From assembly GCA_963692945.1 (NCBI GenBank), contig OY843585.1:1500001-1532000 (forward strand): DNA of 32,000 bases, read 5' to 3'. Numbering within the stretch: position 1 is the first letter of the stretch; each line of letters begins with the position of its first letter. Made by a program: the position numbers and the translations under genes. Below are positions 1 through 8,613 of this stretch, piece after piece. The stretch is from Bdellovibrionales bacterium (lineage in GTDB: Bacteria > Bdellovibrionota > Bdellovibrionia > Bdellovibrionales > UBA1609). The notes under the pieces were generated by a model that worked only from the letters and a program-made list of their open reading frames with translations, did not search any database and was not told where the DNA came from.

Positions 1-1538
1 ATGTATTTTTCTTCTGAAAAAGTTTTTCCATTCAAAGACCAATTGTAACTCCCCATATTTCCATTTAATTTCAAATGTATATTACGGCGAGGATATTTAA
101 CATTGTAATTTGTTTTTTTTGTAGATTTTAACATTTTGTAATCTAATTGTTTTTTCAAATTTCTATCTTTTTTAGAATTGCTTTTTTGGGAATGATGGTT
201 TTCATGATTCATAGAAGCACTGTTTGGCTTTCTATCTTTTTTATGCATCTTGTGCTTCCCATGCATCTTATGCTTCTCGTTCATCTTATGCTTCTCGTTC
301 ATCTTGTGCTTCCCGTGCATCTTATGCTTCTCGTTCATCTTGTGCTTCCCATGCATCTTGTGCTCCCCGTGCATCTTGTGACTCTTATGCATTTTATTCT
401 TCTCATGCTTTTTATGCTTTCTATCTTTTTTAGATTTAGAATTCTTTGAAGAATGATTTTGAGAACCATGACTCATTTCATGATTCATCCCATGCATTTC
501 ATGATCCATTTTATAAGGATTAGGTTTTACAAAATCAGGAGCCTTTTCATAGTCACGATTGTTTCCAAAAATCAAACTTCCATAACCAGTTATATCACTA
601 GCTGTAGCACGAAACTCTAAACTTTTTTTAGTTCTTGGAACAGTAAAAGACAAATCATAAGTCTCTCCCATACCTATAAAAATTTCATTGACTTTAACAG
701 GCTGAACATCCACTCCATCTTTTGAAATGACTTTAAAAAAACGATGGTTACCAAGATTCAAATAGAAATGTGTAGAGGAACCTGCATTGATAACTCTTAA
801 ACGAACTCTATCTCCAGGTCGAATCTTAGAAAGAAAAGATTTTTGTTTTCCATTGATTAGAAAAGCATCGTAACCAACATCACTCAAATCCATAACTCCC
901 ATACCTGTCCATTCCCCTTTTAGAAAATCTTTAAAAGAAGATTTTAAAACAGCATCTAATAAAGATGGGAAAAACTTTTTCTTATAAGAGTAATACTCTC
1001 CTTCTTTTTTGAGATTTGCTAAAACCTGACTTGGTTTTTCATTAGTCCAATCACTAATGACAGCCACAATATCATGATCAAAATGAAATCTTGGTCTAGA
1101 ATCTTCAATAACAATCGCACCATAAAGACCCCTTTGCTCTTGTAAATCAGTGTGAGAATGATACCAGTAAGTCCCTGTATGCCTTATAGGAAACCGAAAA
1201 GTAAAAGTTTCATTAACTTGTATAAGTTTATTATTAGAAAAAGCAGGACCATCCATATTCCAAGGAACAAGAATCCCATGCCAATGGATAGTTGTAGGTT
1301 CATTCGTTTTATTTGTCACATGAATAACAGCTTTATCCCCTTTTTTAAATCTTAAAGTTGGAGCAGGAATAGAATCGTTAATAGCAAGAGCATGCTTAAC
1401 CTCTTCACCTGTAAAATTAACAGTCTTATCTTCAACAACTAAATGATAAGTTATTTCTTTTCCGTAAGAAGAAAAAGAAATAAAAATAGAAAATATTAAA
1501 AAGAAAGTAACTTTTAAAGAATCCATGAAACGATACAT
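1..1538 (-). CDS. Multicopper oxidase, CopA/PcoA-like copper-resistance family (N-terminal ~510 aa; C-terminus lies beyond the window start)
   Basis: Absent from the ORF track because the frame stays open to position 1. Manual minus-strand translation from ATG 1538 (alternative ATG 1526) gives MYRFMDSLKVTFFLIFSIFISFSSYGKE, a Sec-type signal. TIHWHGILVPWNMDG and TYWYHSHTDLQEQRGLYGAIVIED follow; these are the first two HxH copper-ligand motifs of three-domain MCOs. A His/Met-rich insert comes next, then ...LKLNGNMGSYNWSLNGKTFSEEKY at the edge. Confidence 0.8.
   Translation of the reverse strand, partial: MYRFMDSLKVTFFLIFSIFISFSSYGKEITYHLVVEDKTVNFTGEEVKHALAINDSIPAPTLRFKKGDKAVIHVTNKTNEPTTIHWHGILVPWNMDGPAFSNNKLIQVNETFTFRFPIRHTGTYWYHSHTDLQEQRGLYGAIVIEDSRPRFHFDHDIVAVISDWTNEKPSQVLANLKKEGEYYSYKKKFFPSLLDAVLKSSFKDFLKGEWTGMGVMDLSDVGYDAFLINGKQKSFLSKIRPGDRVRLRVINAGSSTHFYLNLGNHRFFKVISKDGVDVQPVKVNEIFIGMGETYDLSFTVPRTKKSLEFRATASDITGYGSLIFGNNRDYEKAPDFVKPNPYKMDHEMHGMNHEMSHGSQNHSSKNSKSKKDRKHKKHEKNKMHKSHKMHGEHKMHGKHKMNEKHKMHGKHKMNEKHKMNEKHKMHGKHKMHKKDRKPNSASMNHENHHSQKSNSKKDRNLKKQLDYKMLKSTKKTNYNVKYPRRNIHLKLNGNMGSYNWSLNGKTFSEEKY
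246..389. repeat. 18-bp tandem repeat, 8 good units (plus ~2 degenerate units to ~425), inside the multicopper oxidase CDS
   Basis: The units catcttRtgcttcYcRtK start at 246, 264, 282, 300, 318, 336, 354 and 372. On the minus strand they encode hexapeptides HKM[H/N][G/E]K: HKMHGEHKMHGKHKMNEKHKMHGKHKMNEKHKMNEKHKMHGKHKMH. Confidence 0.9.
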
Positions 1539-1610
1539 TATATCTACCTAGACATATCATGTTTTTTTAAAAAAAAGTAATTGTTTTTTAAACTTAATAA
1601 AAAAATAAGT

Positions 1611-1638
1611 TATTTAAACGAGGGTGTTGACAGGTCAA
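1611..1638 (-). promoter_or_regulatory. Candidate sigma70-type promoter for the multicopper oxidase gene, with a small palindrome over the -35
   Basis: The minus strand reads TTGACC-16 nt-TAAATA, about 70 nt upstream of ATG 1538. The -35 lies within the near-palindrome TTGACCTGTCAA (plus 1627-1638). This rests on motif matching only. Confidence 0.3.
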
Positions 1639-1661
1639 GATATCCAGATCAGGTTAAAAAA

Positions 1662-3077
1662 TTAACAAGACAATAATTTTTCCATCTCAGGAAAGGTTTT
1701 TTTAAAGTCTGTTTTCCTTATTTTATCCATTTTTATAATATACTCTTGAAACTCTACCATGCGGTTAGACCAATCCTCTGAATGCATAAATTGACACATT
1801 CCTTGAAGTCTTTTAATTCCATAAGGATGCTTTAAAAAGTCTGAATGACCCGACTTATAATTTTTAAGCCAAATGTAAAAATCTTCAAATTTCTTTGTCA
1901 CCTCTTCTTTAAACCACTTAGGGAAAACTTTAACATTCAAATGAGCAGGATGATAAACAAAATGAGTGTCTATAAGCCCTGCACTTTTAGGCCAAACATT
2001 GATTTTTTTAAAATTCTTTCCAATTTTCCATTTTATAAAATCAGGGAGATAATAGATATTTAACATTTGAACGGCACAAGCAATGGTTACAAAAACATTA
2101 TCTGGTGTTTCATCTAACCGTTCTAAATTCTCTTCTAAATGTTGAAACTGACTTGGAAATCTAATGTAATCATTCATTTCAAAAATACTATCTAAAGAAA
2201 AATGAAAAATAACTTTTTCAAAATGATTCCATAAATCAAACAATTTTTCAGGCAATTCAACAGCATTGCTATTATACCTAATCTCAATATTTTTAGCATA
2301 ACCTTTCTCCACACATTTTTCTAAAAGATCATAATGCTCTGGAATAATAGTACTTTCCCCACCTGCAAAGTAAATTTGTTTCATATTTGGAATTTGTTCT
2401 AAAAGTTGTTTCCAAAAAGATTCATTGTCTTTATACCAACTGTAAGAAGCTCCATCAACCTTACCTTTATTATTCCAAACCATAAGTTCTTTAAGAGATT
2501 TATTTTTTATTGTAGGATACAATTTATTCCAATCTTTAACCCACAAAGAACTATCATGAGGGGAACACATTATACATTTTAAATTACATTTAGTACCTAA
2601 ACGAAGATCAACATAGCAGATTTTATCAGGAACAGTTCCATCCTCTTTTGTATTTGTAAGAAGTTCATTCATATCTAAACGATCTATCCATAATTGATTT
2701 TCCCAAGTCCTTTTGGATTGATATCCTGACTTTTCTTCTTTGAAACATTTCGTACAAGAAGGGGGTATTTGACCTCTTAACATATGAGTGCGAATATTTT
2801 TCATATAAGGAGCATTCCAAGCTGTTTTTAAATCCGTATGATTGAAATTAGCAGGTAATCCATCTTTTTTTTTCAAAATACCAACTTCTCCTTTATATTT
2901 TTGATCATTAAATGCATTAGCACTGGAAGCATTGGCCGTGCAGCACACTCTCATATGACCATTAGGGCGAGTGGATAGATGAATCCAAGGTAAAACACAA
3001 AATGTAGGACTTATATCTTCAGAACTAGTAATCTTTTTTTTCATTTTCATAAAATAACCTCTGATTGACTTTAACAC
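1662..3077 (-). CDS. Radical SAM enzyme with an N-terminal Cys-rich (twitch/SPASM-like) auxiliary-cluster module
   Basis: The radical SAM core is LGTKCNLKCIMC (CxxxCxxC) with a GGES SAM-binding-like motif. Upstream of the core are C27-x17-C45C46-TAN and C-T-K-C (PPSCTKCF). The real start may be the ATG at 3050, which is preceded by AGAGG, rather than 3077. With 3077 as start it overlaps the upstream gene by 7 nt. Confidence 0.75.
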   Translation of the reverse strand: MLKSIRGYFMKMKKKITSSEDISPTFCVLPWIHLSTRPNGHMRVCCTANASSANAFNDQKYKGEVGILKKKDGLPANFNHTDLKTAWNAPYMKNIRTHMLRGQIPPSCTKCFKEEKSGYQSKRTWENQLWIDRLDMNELLTNTKEDGTVPDKICYVDLRLGTKCNLKCIMCSPHDSSLWVKDWNKLYPTIKNKSLKELMVWNNKGKVDGASYSWYKDNESFWKQLLEQIPNMKQIYFAGGESTIIPEHYDLLEKCVEKGYAKNIEIRYNSNAVELPEKLFDLWNHFEKVIFHFSLDSIFEMNDYIRFPSQFQHLEENLERLDETPDNVFVTIACAVQMLNIYYLPDFIKWKIGKNFKKINVWPKSAGLIDTHFVYHPAHLNVKVFPKWFKEEVTKKFEDFYIWLKNYKSGHSDFLKHPYGIKRLQGMCQFMHSEDWSNRMVEFQEYIIKMDKIRKTDFKKTFPEMEKLLSC

Positions 3078-3757
3078 TTATCCTTAACATTTTTAATAAA
3101 AAACTTTTTTAACCAATCAAAATTATTAATTTTATTTAAAGCCATTTTATGATCTTTATATTTTCTTCCATATTCTCTACCTTGGTTGGCTCCAAATAAA
3201 ACATAAGAAGCAAAATCTTGATTCTCAGCCTTTTCACACCAAATTTTCAGTCGTTCCTTTGTCTCTGAAGTTTTTTGATGAGAAATATTTTGACTAGAAA
3301 GTTTTACACACTCTCTAAAAGCTCCTCTCCAAGCTTCTAAAGGAGAAGAATTAAACCGAGTGATAGAGGCCATCTGAGAAACAATTTTATAAGGAATTTT
3401 CAAAGAAGTAGAAACATCTAAACTTTTAGCTGCTGACAAAAAAAGCATTTTTGGAAAAAGTTTTATTGCTCCAAAGCCATAAGCCAACCCATTCACAGGA
3501 TTCAAACTTCTCCAAGTGTAAATAGCCTGTTCTATTTTTTGTTCTGGAAGTTGAAATTGAAAATTTTCAAATAAAATCTCATTATCAGCATTCACAACAA
3601 AGAAAAAAGGACTTTGAGAAAGATTGGCACACATTTGATGAGCCAAAGCGATACCTTTAATACCATGAACTCTACGACTTTGAGGAAATTTAAATTTTAA
3701 ATGTTGCCAGTTTTTTTCTCTATAAGTTTCATCAAAAGACAGAAAAAATATATCCAT
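3071..3757 (-). CDS. Hypothetical protein, possibly a GT-A-fold-like nucleotide-sugar transferase
   Basis: A 228-aa ORF tightly packed between the GT2 gene and the radical SAM gene. The N-terminus DIFFLSFDE...RVHGIKGIALAH...FFFVVNADNEI resembles a Rossmann-like beta-strand/DxD-type layout, but I recognise no defined family. Confidence 0.35.
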   Translation of the reverse strand: MDIFFLSFDETYREKNWQHLKFKFPQSRRVHGIKGIALAHQMCANLSQSPFFFVVNADNEILFENFQFQLPEQKIEQAIYTWRSLNPVNGLAYGFGAIKLFPKMLFLSAAKSLDVSTSLKIPYKIVSQMASITRFNSSPLEAWRGAFRECVKLSSQNISHQKTSETKERLKIWCEKAENQDFASYVLFGANQGREYGRKYKDHKMALNKINNFDWLKKFFIKNVKDKC

Positions 3758-3774
3758 ACCCTTACCTAATCATT

Positions 3775-5262
3775 TCATTTGTTATTTATCAAATGCTTAA
3801 ACTCTTCATAACCTTCCAAAGAATGAGTGTTACGAAAAAAAATACCAGCAGACTGACCTAGTAAATAAGACTTTATAAAATGAAAATTCAAAAATTCTGA
3901 AGAACGATACAAATGATAAGTATTGACTTTATTGAAGTGAAATTTACATTTCATCTTAGAAAGCCTCCAACCAAGGTCTGTATCCTCAAAACCATAACAA
4001 GTATAATTTTTACGAAACCAACCTGCTTTTTTAAAAATTTCTTTTTTCAAACATAAAGTATTTGTGGAAATGTATTTCCAAGCCTTGTCTTTCTCATTCC
4101 AATCTTCATCACTTTTATAAAAATCTTCCCAATAGGTATTACCTTTTATAAAAGTATGTGACTTTTTATCTATATCCTCATATTCTTTTGGAGACCTCCT
4201 TTTTAAATGATATCTAGGATGCTGAATAACATCATACCTAGATAATTTTTCACAAATAGAGGAAAGATAATTTCTAGGAATCAAAATATCAGAATCTAAA
4301 AAAGCCAAATACTGACCTTCAGAATTTTTAACACCTACATTTCTAGACAAACCTGCCCTAAACCTATGATCTCCTATACCATATCTTTCTCGCAATCTTG
4401 GAAAATAGAGATATTTAAAATTCATATTAGATAAATAGGTTTGTTTTTTTAAAAGATTTTCTGTCTTATCAGAACTTCCATCATCTACTACAATCACTTC
4501 CCAATTTTTTTTTGGCAAGTCTTGTTTATAAAGATGCTTTAAAACTAAAAGCAAAGATTCCTTACTGTTATAGGAAGGTATAATAACGGAAATATGAATA
4601 TCAGAATGAGGAATGGGGTAAGAAAACACAGGTGTCAATTCGGGTTCCAATTTTAAATCCTCTGGAATAGATAAATTAAATATATCTATTTGAGGTGGAG
4701 GATAATATTTTTCTTTAAGAAGATTATACATATTAACAGAGGTATAGAGCTGAGAGTGTTTCTTATGGTAATAAGGAAAATGAATGTGAAGTTTTTCATG
4801 ATATTTGATAGGCAAAGAATCAATTAAAGATTGAACATCTAAATCCTTATAAGCTGGGATGGTTATCTGAAACTGCGACCTAACCGATTCCAAATAAGAA
4901 AAAGTTTTCGAATCGTAATTTTCCAAGAAAAAATCAACCAATAGATCCGACTCAGAAGTTAGAGAATCTATTATATCTTTCTTAAATTTTAAAGACAAAC
5001 TATGAACTGAAACCACCCAATGAGATGGGGTTTCTTTAATAAAAGAAATTATTTTTTTAATATCAGAATGAAATACAAAATTCCAAGGCAATAGAATCCT
5101 CTCATAATCTAATTTTAAAGATTTTTTAACCTCTTCTTTAAAAGAGAAAAAAGACTTTTCTGAAGAAGATAAACCACCAAATAAAGATAAAGAAACCTCT
5201 TTTGAAAATTGATCACTCAATCTTAAAAGATACCATCTCGGAATTTTTTGAATTTGCTCCAT
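3775..5262 (-). CDS. Two-domain protein: unknown ~220-aa N-terminal domain fused to a family-2 (GT-A) glycosyltransferase
   Basis: The C-terminal half carries GT2 signatures: ISVIIPSYNSKESLLLVLKHL, WEVIVVDDGSSDKT and the DxD motif AFLDSDILIP. I recognise no motif in the N-terminal half. Confidence 0.75.
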   Translation of the reverse strand: MEQIQKIPRWYLLRLSDQFSKEVSLSLFGGLSSSEKSFFSFKEEVKKSLKLDYERILLPWNFVFHSDIKKIISFIKETPSHWVVSVHSLSLKFKKDIIDSLTSESDLLVDFFLENYDSKTFSYLESVRSQFQITIPAYKDLDVQSLIDSLPIKYHEKLHIHFPYYHKKHSQLYTSVNMYNLLKEKYYPPPQIDIFNLSIPEDLKLEPELTPVFSYPIPHSDIHISVIIPSYNSKESLLLVLKHLYKQDLPKKNWEVIVVDDGSSDKTENLLKKQTYLSNMNFKYLYFPRLRERYGIGDHRFRAGLSRNVGVKNSEGQYLAFLDSDILIPRNYLSSICEKLSRYDVIQHPRYHLKRRSPKEYEDIDKKSHTFIKGNTYWEDFYKSDEDWNEKDKAWKYISTNTLCLKKEIFKKAGWFRKNYTCYGFEDTDLGWRLSKMKCKFHFNKVNTYHLYRSSEFLNFHFIKSYLLGQSAGIFFRNTHSLEGYEEFKHLINNK

Positions 5263-5354
5263 AGAAGGCTTTTATTTTATAGTTTTTAAAAAAAATTTCT
5301 AGCTTTTTATAAAAATTATATCTCTTAAACTCTTTTTTATATATAATAACTCAC

Positions 5355-6476
5355 ATGTCTAATCTCTTTTCCAATTACTCTTTTAGTGATATTCCTTTTT
5401 CTGAAATTGAAAGAGTTGGCCAAGCCAGCCTTCTCCATCGGGATTTATTTTGTGTGAGTTGGCTTTTAGGACGCTTTTGTAATTACAAATGCTCCTATTG
5501 TTGGCCTTATGCAAGGTCTTCCAAGCCTGATCATCGCCCTTTAGATCTTCTCATCAAAACAATGACTGATATTAAAAAACAAGCCCGAGAAAGAAATTTT
5601 AATTCTTTCCATTTTTCTTTTAGTGGAGGAGAGCCGACCCTACACAAAGGTTATCTAGATTTACTCCGTTACTATTCAGACGATATATCAAATAGCAATT
5701 ACCAATCTGTTCATATGACAACCAATTTAAGTCCAAGCATAAATTGGTTAAAAAAATATGCTGAGACTGTCAAAAATCTCCATCGTGCAACTATTACAGC
5801 ATCTTTCCATAAAGAGTTTGCAAAAAAGGAAAGTTTTGCAGATAAAATTAATTTTCTTCAAGAACAAGAAATTCATGTGACTATCAATATGGTCATGGTT
5901 CCTGAAAAATTTGATATCCTTTGGGAAGACGCTCTTTACTTTCACGATAGAAAAATAAATGTCACTCTAAAACCTCAAAGTGATGAAAAAGCTCAAACTA
6001 TTGTTTCAGGTTACACAAACACTATGCTTAAACGACTTAAAGAAGGATTGCCTCAAAAAGATTATGTGAATAAGATTTTACAAAAACAAAATAAAAAATC
6101 TTTTCGCCCGAAGGCTCATTTTAAACCTCTGAAACAAAAAGATTCCTCTGGACAAGTGTTTCAAGTAGAACTCACAGATTCTAAAGGAAAAACATGGTAT
6201 ATGGATCAAGCTGAACGATTTAATGCTTTTAATTTTAATCGTTTTCAAGGTTGGGAATGCTCTTCTGGCTATCGCAGCCTAATCATCCGAGAACCCGACG
6301 GTTTTATTAAACGAAGTTACAGTTGTAAAGATTCTCCCTTAGGACATATTGAAAAAGGCTTTCAACTCTTTTCTAAACCTGAACCATGTATAACCAAAAC
6401 ATGTGTTTCTAGTGCGGATAGTAAAATTCCTAAGAGAAAAACAGGAAGTCGTTTAAGTCTCTGGCCATCCAAGTGA
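5355..6476 (+). CDS. Radical SAM enzyme with a C-terminal Cys-containing (twitch-like) extension
   Basis: Contains LLGRFCNYKCSYCWP (CxxxCxxC) and FSFSGGEPTL (the GGE SAM motif). The C-terminus has C-x21-C (CSSGYRSLIIREPDGFIKRSYSC) and CITKTC. The gene sits 92 bp from, and divergent to, the GT2 gene. Confidence 0.75.
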   Translation: MSNLFSNYSFSDIPFSEIERVGQASLLHRDLFCVSWLLGRFCNYKCSYCWPYARSSKPDHRPLDLLIKTMTDIKKQARERNFNSFHFSFSGGEPTLHKGYLDLLRYYSDDISNSNYQSVHMTTNLSPSINWLKKYAETVKNLHRATITASFHKEFAKKESFADKINFLQEQEIHVTINMVMVPEKFDILWEDALYFHDRKINVTLKPQSDEKAQTIVSGYTNTMLKRLKEGLPQKDYVNKILQKQNKKSFRPKAHFKPLKQKDSSGQVFQVELTDSKGKTWYMDQAERFNAFNFNRFQGWECSSGYRSLIIREPDGFIKRSYSCKDSPLGHIEKGFQLFSKPEPCITKTCVSSADSKIPKRKTGSRLSLWPSK

Positions 6477-6480
6477 ATTT

Positions 6481-7560
6481 ATGTATCGTTACTCTGATAT
6501 AAAAGCAGTTCATTTAGAAATCACCTCAAAATGCAATGCCTCTTGCCCTATGTGCTTAAGAAATATATCTGGTGGAAGTACAAACCCTCAACTTCCTTTA
6601 ACAGAACTTTCTTTAAAAGACATCCAACAAATATTTCCTATATCTTTTATTCAACAACTCAACAGGATATATATGTGTGGCAATTATGGAGACCCTATGA
6701 TTGCTAAAGACACTTTAAAAGTTTTTCAGTTTTTTAGAGAAACCAATAAAAATTTAAATCTTTCTATGTTCACAAATGGATCTGGAAGAACAAGAGATTG
6801 GTGGAAGAATCTAGCAAAAGTTATTGATCTTGTCCATTTCAGTATTGACGGTTTAGAAGATACAAATGCTATCTATAGACGAGGAACACATTTTAAAAAA
6901 ATCATGCAAAGTGCTGAAAGTTATATTTCTGCTGGAGGTGATGCCGTTTGGGATTTTATTGTTTTTGAACACAATGAACATCAAATAGAAGAGGCACAAA
7001 AATTATCTCAAAAAATGGGATTCTCTCAATTTATTACAAAAAAGACTGGTCGTTTTTATAGCAATCAAAAATCAAAAGTAAAAACAGAACAATCTGTTTT
7101 AAATTCTAAAAAAGAAATAGAATATTATTTAAGAAGTCCTAAAAATAAAAAATATCAAAATAAATCTCTTCAAAAAGAAGAAGAGTTATCTAAAAAATAT
7201 GGCAGTATTTCTAATTATCTCAATCAAACTCCTATTGAATGTCGTGTTCAAAATGAAAAAAGTATTTATATCAGTGCTGAATCTTTTGTTTTCCCCTGTT
7301 GTTGGACTGCCAATCAACTTTATCCTTGGTATTTTAAAAAAAGGTCTAGTCCTATATGGAATCTTATAGATGAACTCCCTCAAAAAGAACTAAGTCTTTC
7401 TTCAAAAGAAACATCTATTCAAAAAATTGTTGAAGGAGATTTTTTTCAAAAATCAATTCCAAGTAGCTGGTTAGGAAAAAATATTGAAGAAGACAGATTA
7501 AAAGTTTGTGCTAAAACTTGTGGAAAAGAATTCACTCCGTTTTCTGACCAATTCAAATAG
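6481..7560 (+). CDS. Radical SAM enzyme with a C-terminal SPASM/twitch-like Cys-rich domain
   Basis: Contains EITSKCNASCPMC (CxxxCxxC) and CGNYGDPM. The C-terminus has C-x18-CC-WTAN (7297-7314) and KVCAKTCG. The start is 4 nt after the stop of the previous gene. Confidence 0.75.
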   Translation: MYRYSDIKAVHLEITSKCNASCPMCLRNISGGSTNPQLPLTELSLKDIQQIFPISFIQQLNRIYMCGNYGDPMIAKDTLKVFQFFRETNKNLNLSMFTNGSGRTRDWWKNLAKVIDLVHFSIDGLEDTNAIYRRGTHFKKIMQSAESYISAGGDAVWDFIVFEHNEHQIEEAQKLSQKMGFSQFITKKTGRFYSNQKSKVKTEQSVLNSKKEIEYYLRSPKNKKYQNKSLQKEEELSKKYGSISNYLNQTPIECRVQNEKSIYISAESFVFPCCWTANQLYPWYFKKRSSPIWNLIDELPQKELSLSSKETSIQKIVEGDFFQKSIPSSWLGKNIEEDRLKVCAKTCGKEFTPFSDQFK

Positions 7561-7634
7561 AGTAAAAAATAGGGATATGAAACTAATGATTATCTTTATA
7601 GTTTTTTTAGTATAAAAAAAGAGATTTTAATTCA

Positions 7635-8312
7635 TCAATTTTCTATTTTTTCTTTAAAATCAGATAAAAAACCATCCATACTTTTATGTTTTGATATCAT
7701 AGAACCATACACTTCTCTATAATTTCTGATAAGATTCAGATCAAGTACTGTAACACTAAATATTTTATAAACACTTTCTTCCTCTAAAATACCTAACTTT
7801 ACTTCTATTGGTTCTCTGTCTTTAAGAGTTACAAAACCAGAAACACTATGTATAGTTTTGTTTTTTCTTGTGGTAGTATTAACTTTAAATTTAATAAGAG
7901 TATTATCAATTGTATCTTTTGATATATCTTTCATTTGAGAATTTACTGTTCGCACCATGACTATTTCAAGATATGTACAAAATTCTAGAAACTGATCTTC
8001 ATTAAATTTTCTAAAATGTTTAGCAAGAACAAGTTTACAGATTTTTTTAGTACCAAAATATTTTCTACTCAATTCTATTAATCCCTCTTCTCGCTCTTTA
8101 ACAGATAGTTTTTGAGTTTCTAGAGAATTAAGAAAGTTAAAAGATTCATCTATAAAAGAATTTACAAAATCTTCAGGGCTTTCATAAGTTGGCTGCTTTG
8201 TTTCAACAACAGCTTCAGATAAAACATTAGAAGTTTCAACAACAACTTCCTGAGCTTGAACAAAAAACCCTTGCATTGAAAATAGAGATAGGAAAAATAA
8301 CTTTTTAAACAT
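7635..8312 (-). CDS. MlaC/Ttg2D-like periplasmic lipid-binding protein (secreted)
   Basis: The signal peptide is MFKKLFFLSLFSMQGFFVQA. YFGTKKICKLVLAKHFRKFNEDQFLEFCTYLE and the C-terminal YKIFSVTVLDLNLIRNYREVYGSMI match the MlaC-family layout (compare WKVYDV-VEGVSLV-NYR). No mlaDEF genes are adjacent. Confidence 0.55.
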   Translation of the reverse strand: MFKKLFFLSLFSMQGFFVQAQEVVVETSNVLSEAVVETKQPTYESPEDFVNSFIDESFNFLNSLETQKLSVKEREEGLIELSRKYFGTKKICKLVLAKHFRKFNEDQFLEFCTYLEIVMVRTVNSQMKDISKDTIDNTLIKFKVNTTTRKNKTIHSVSGFVTLKDREPIEVKLGILEEESVYKIFSVTVLDLNLIRNYREVYGSMISKHKSMDGFLSDFKEKIEN

Positions 8313-8613
8313 TAACGCCTCTTTATCATGTAATAATATATATTTTAACCTTCTTTTTCAAATCAAAAATAACCCTAAGTGAATTTTTTACATTAAAAAT
8401 ATATCAATTTGTTCCACAAATGTAAATAAAATGAACGAATGGTCATTAAAACGTCATTTGCAATGAATATTTTTCTGCTTCTCCGTTATGATATACAAAA
8501 TTCATAACATTTATTGTTTCAGTCCACACAATCTATTAAATATTTGCTAATTCAATTACAATATCTACTATTTTATATAGTCTTTCTTTTTTATGAATTT
8601 TTATTAACTTTGA

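Noticed and set aside
147-449. Plus-strand ORFs 147-449 (100 aa) and 224-433 (69 aa) with odd low-complexity products (MHLMLLVHL..., SYASRSS...).
   Set aside because: They are antisense read-throughs of the 18-bp tandem repeat inside the minus-strand multicopper oxidase CDS. That CDS has clear copper-ligand motifs and runs through the whole region.
5355-6476. Possible prokaryotic viperin, because CNYKCSYC and FSGGEP resemble the viperin CNYKCGFC and FSGGEP motifs.
   Set aside because: These motifs are generic to many radical SAM enzymes. The protein has a Cys-containing C-terminal extension, and its neighbours are further rSAMs and a GT2 rather than nucleotide kinases or other viperin-typical partners. 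It needs an HMM or phylogeny before any such call.
7580-7608. A hairpin aaacta-13 nt-tagttt followed by TTTT after rSAM C, a possible intrinsic terminator.
   Set aside because: The stem is 6 bp and all A/T except one pair, with a large loop. It is too weak to report as a feature.
7577-7615. Search for a RiPP precursor peptide near the radical SAM genes, in the intergenic regions 1539-1661, 5263-5354 and 7561-7634. The only candidate was the 12-aa MKLMIIFIVFLV.
   Set aside because: The candidate is purely hydrophobic, has no Cys/Ser/Thr-rich core and no RBS. No peptidase or exporter is in the cluster. A peptide substrate encoded elsewhere cannot be excluded.
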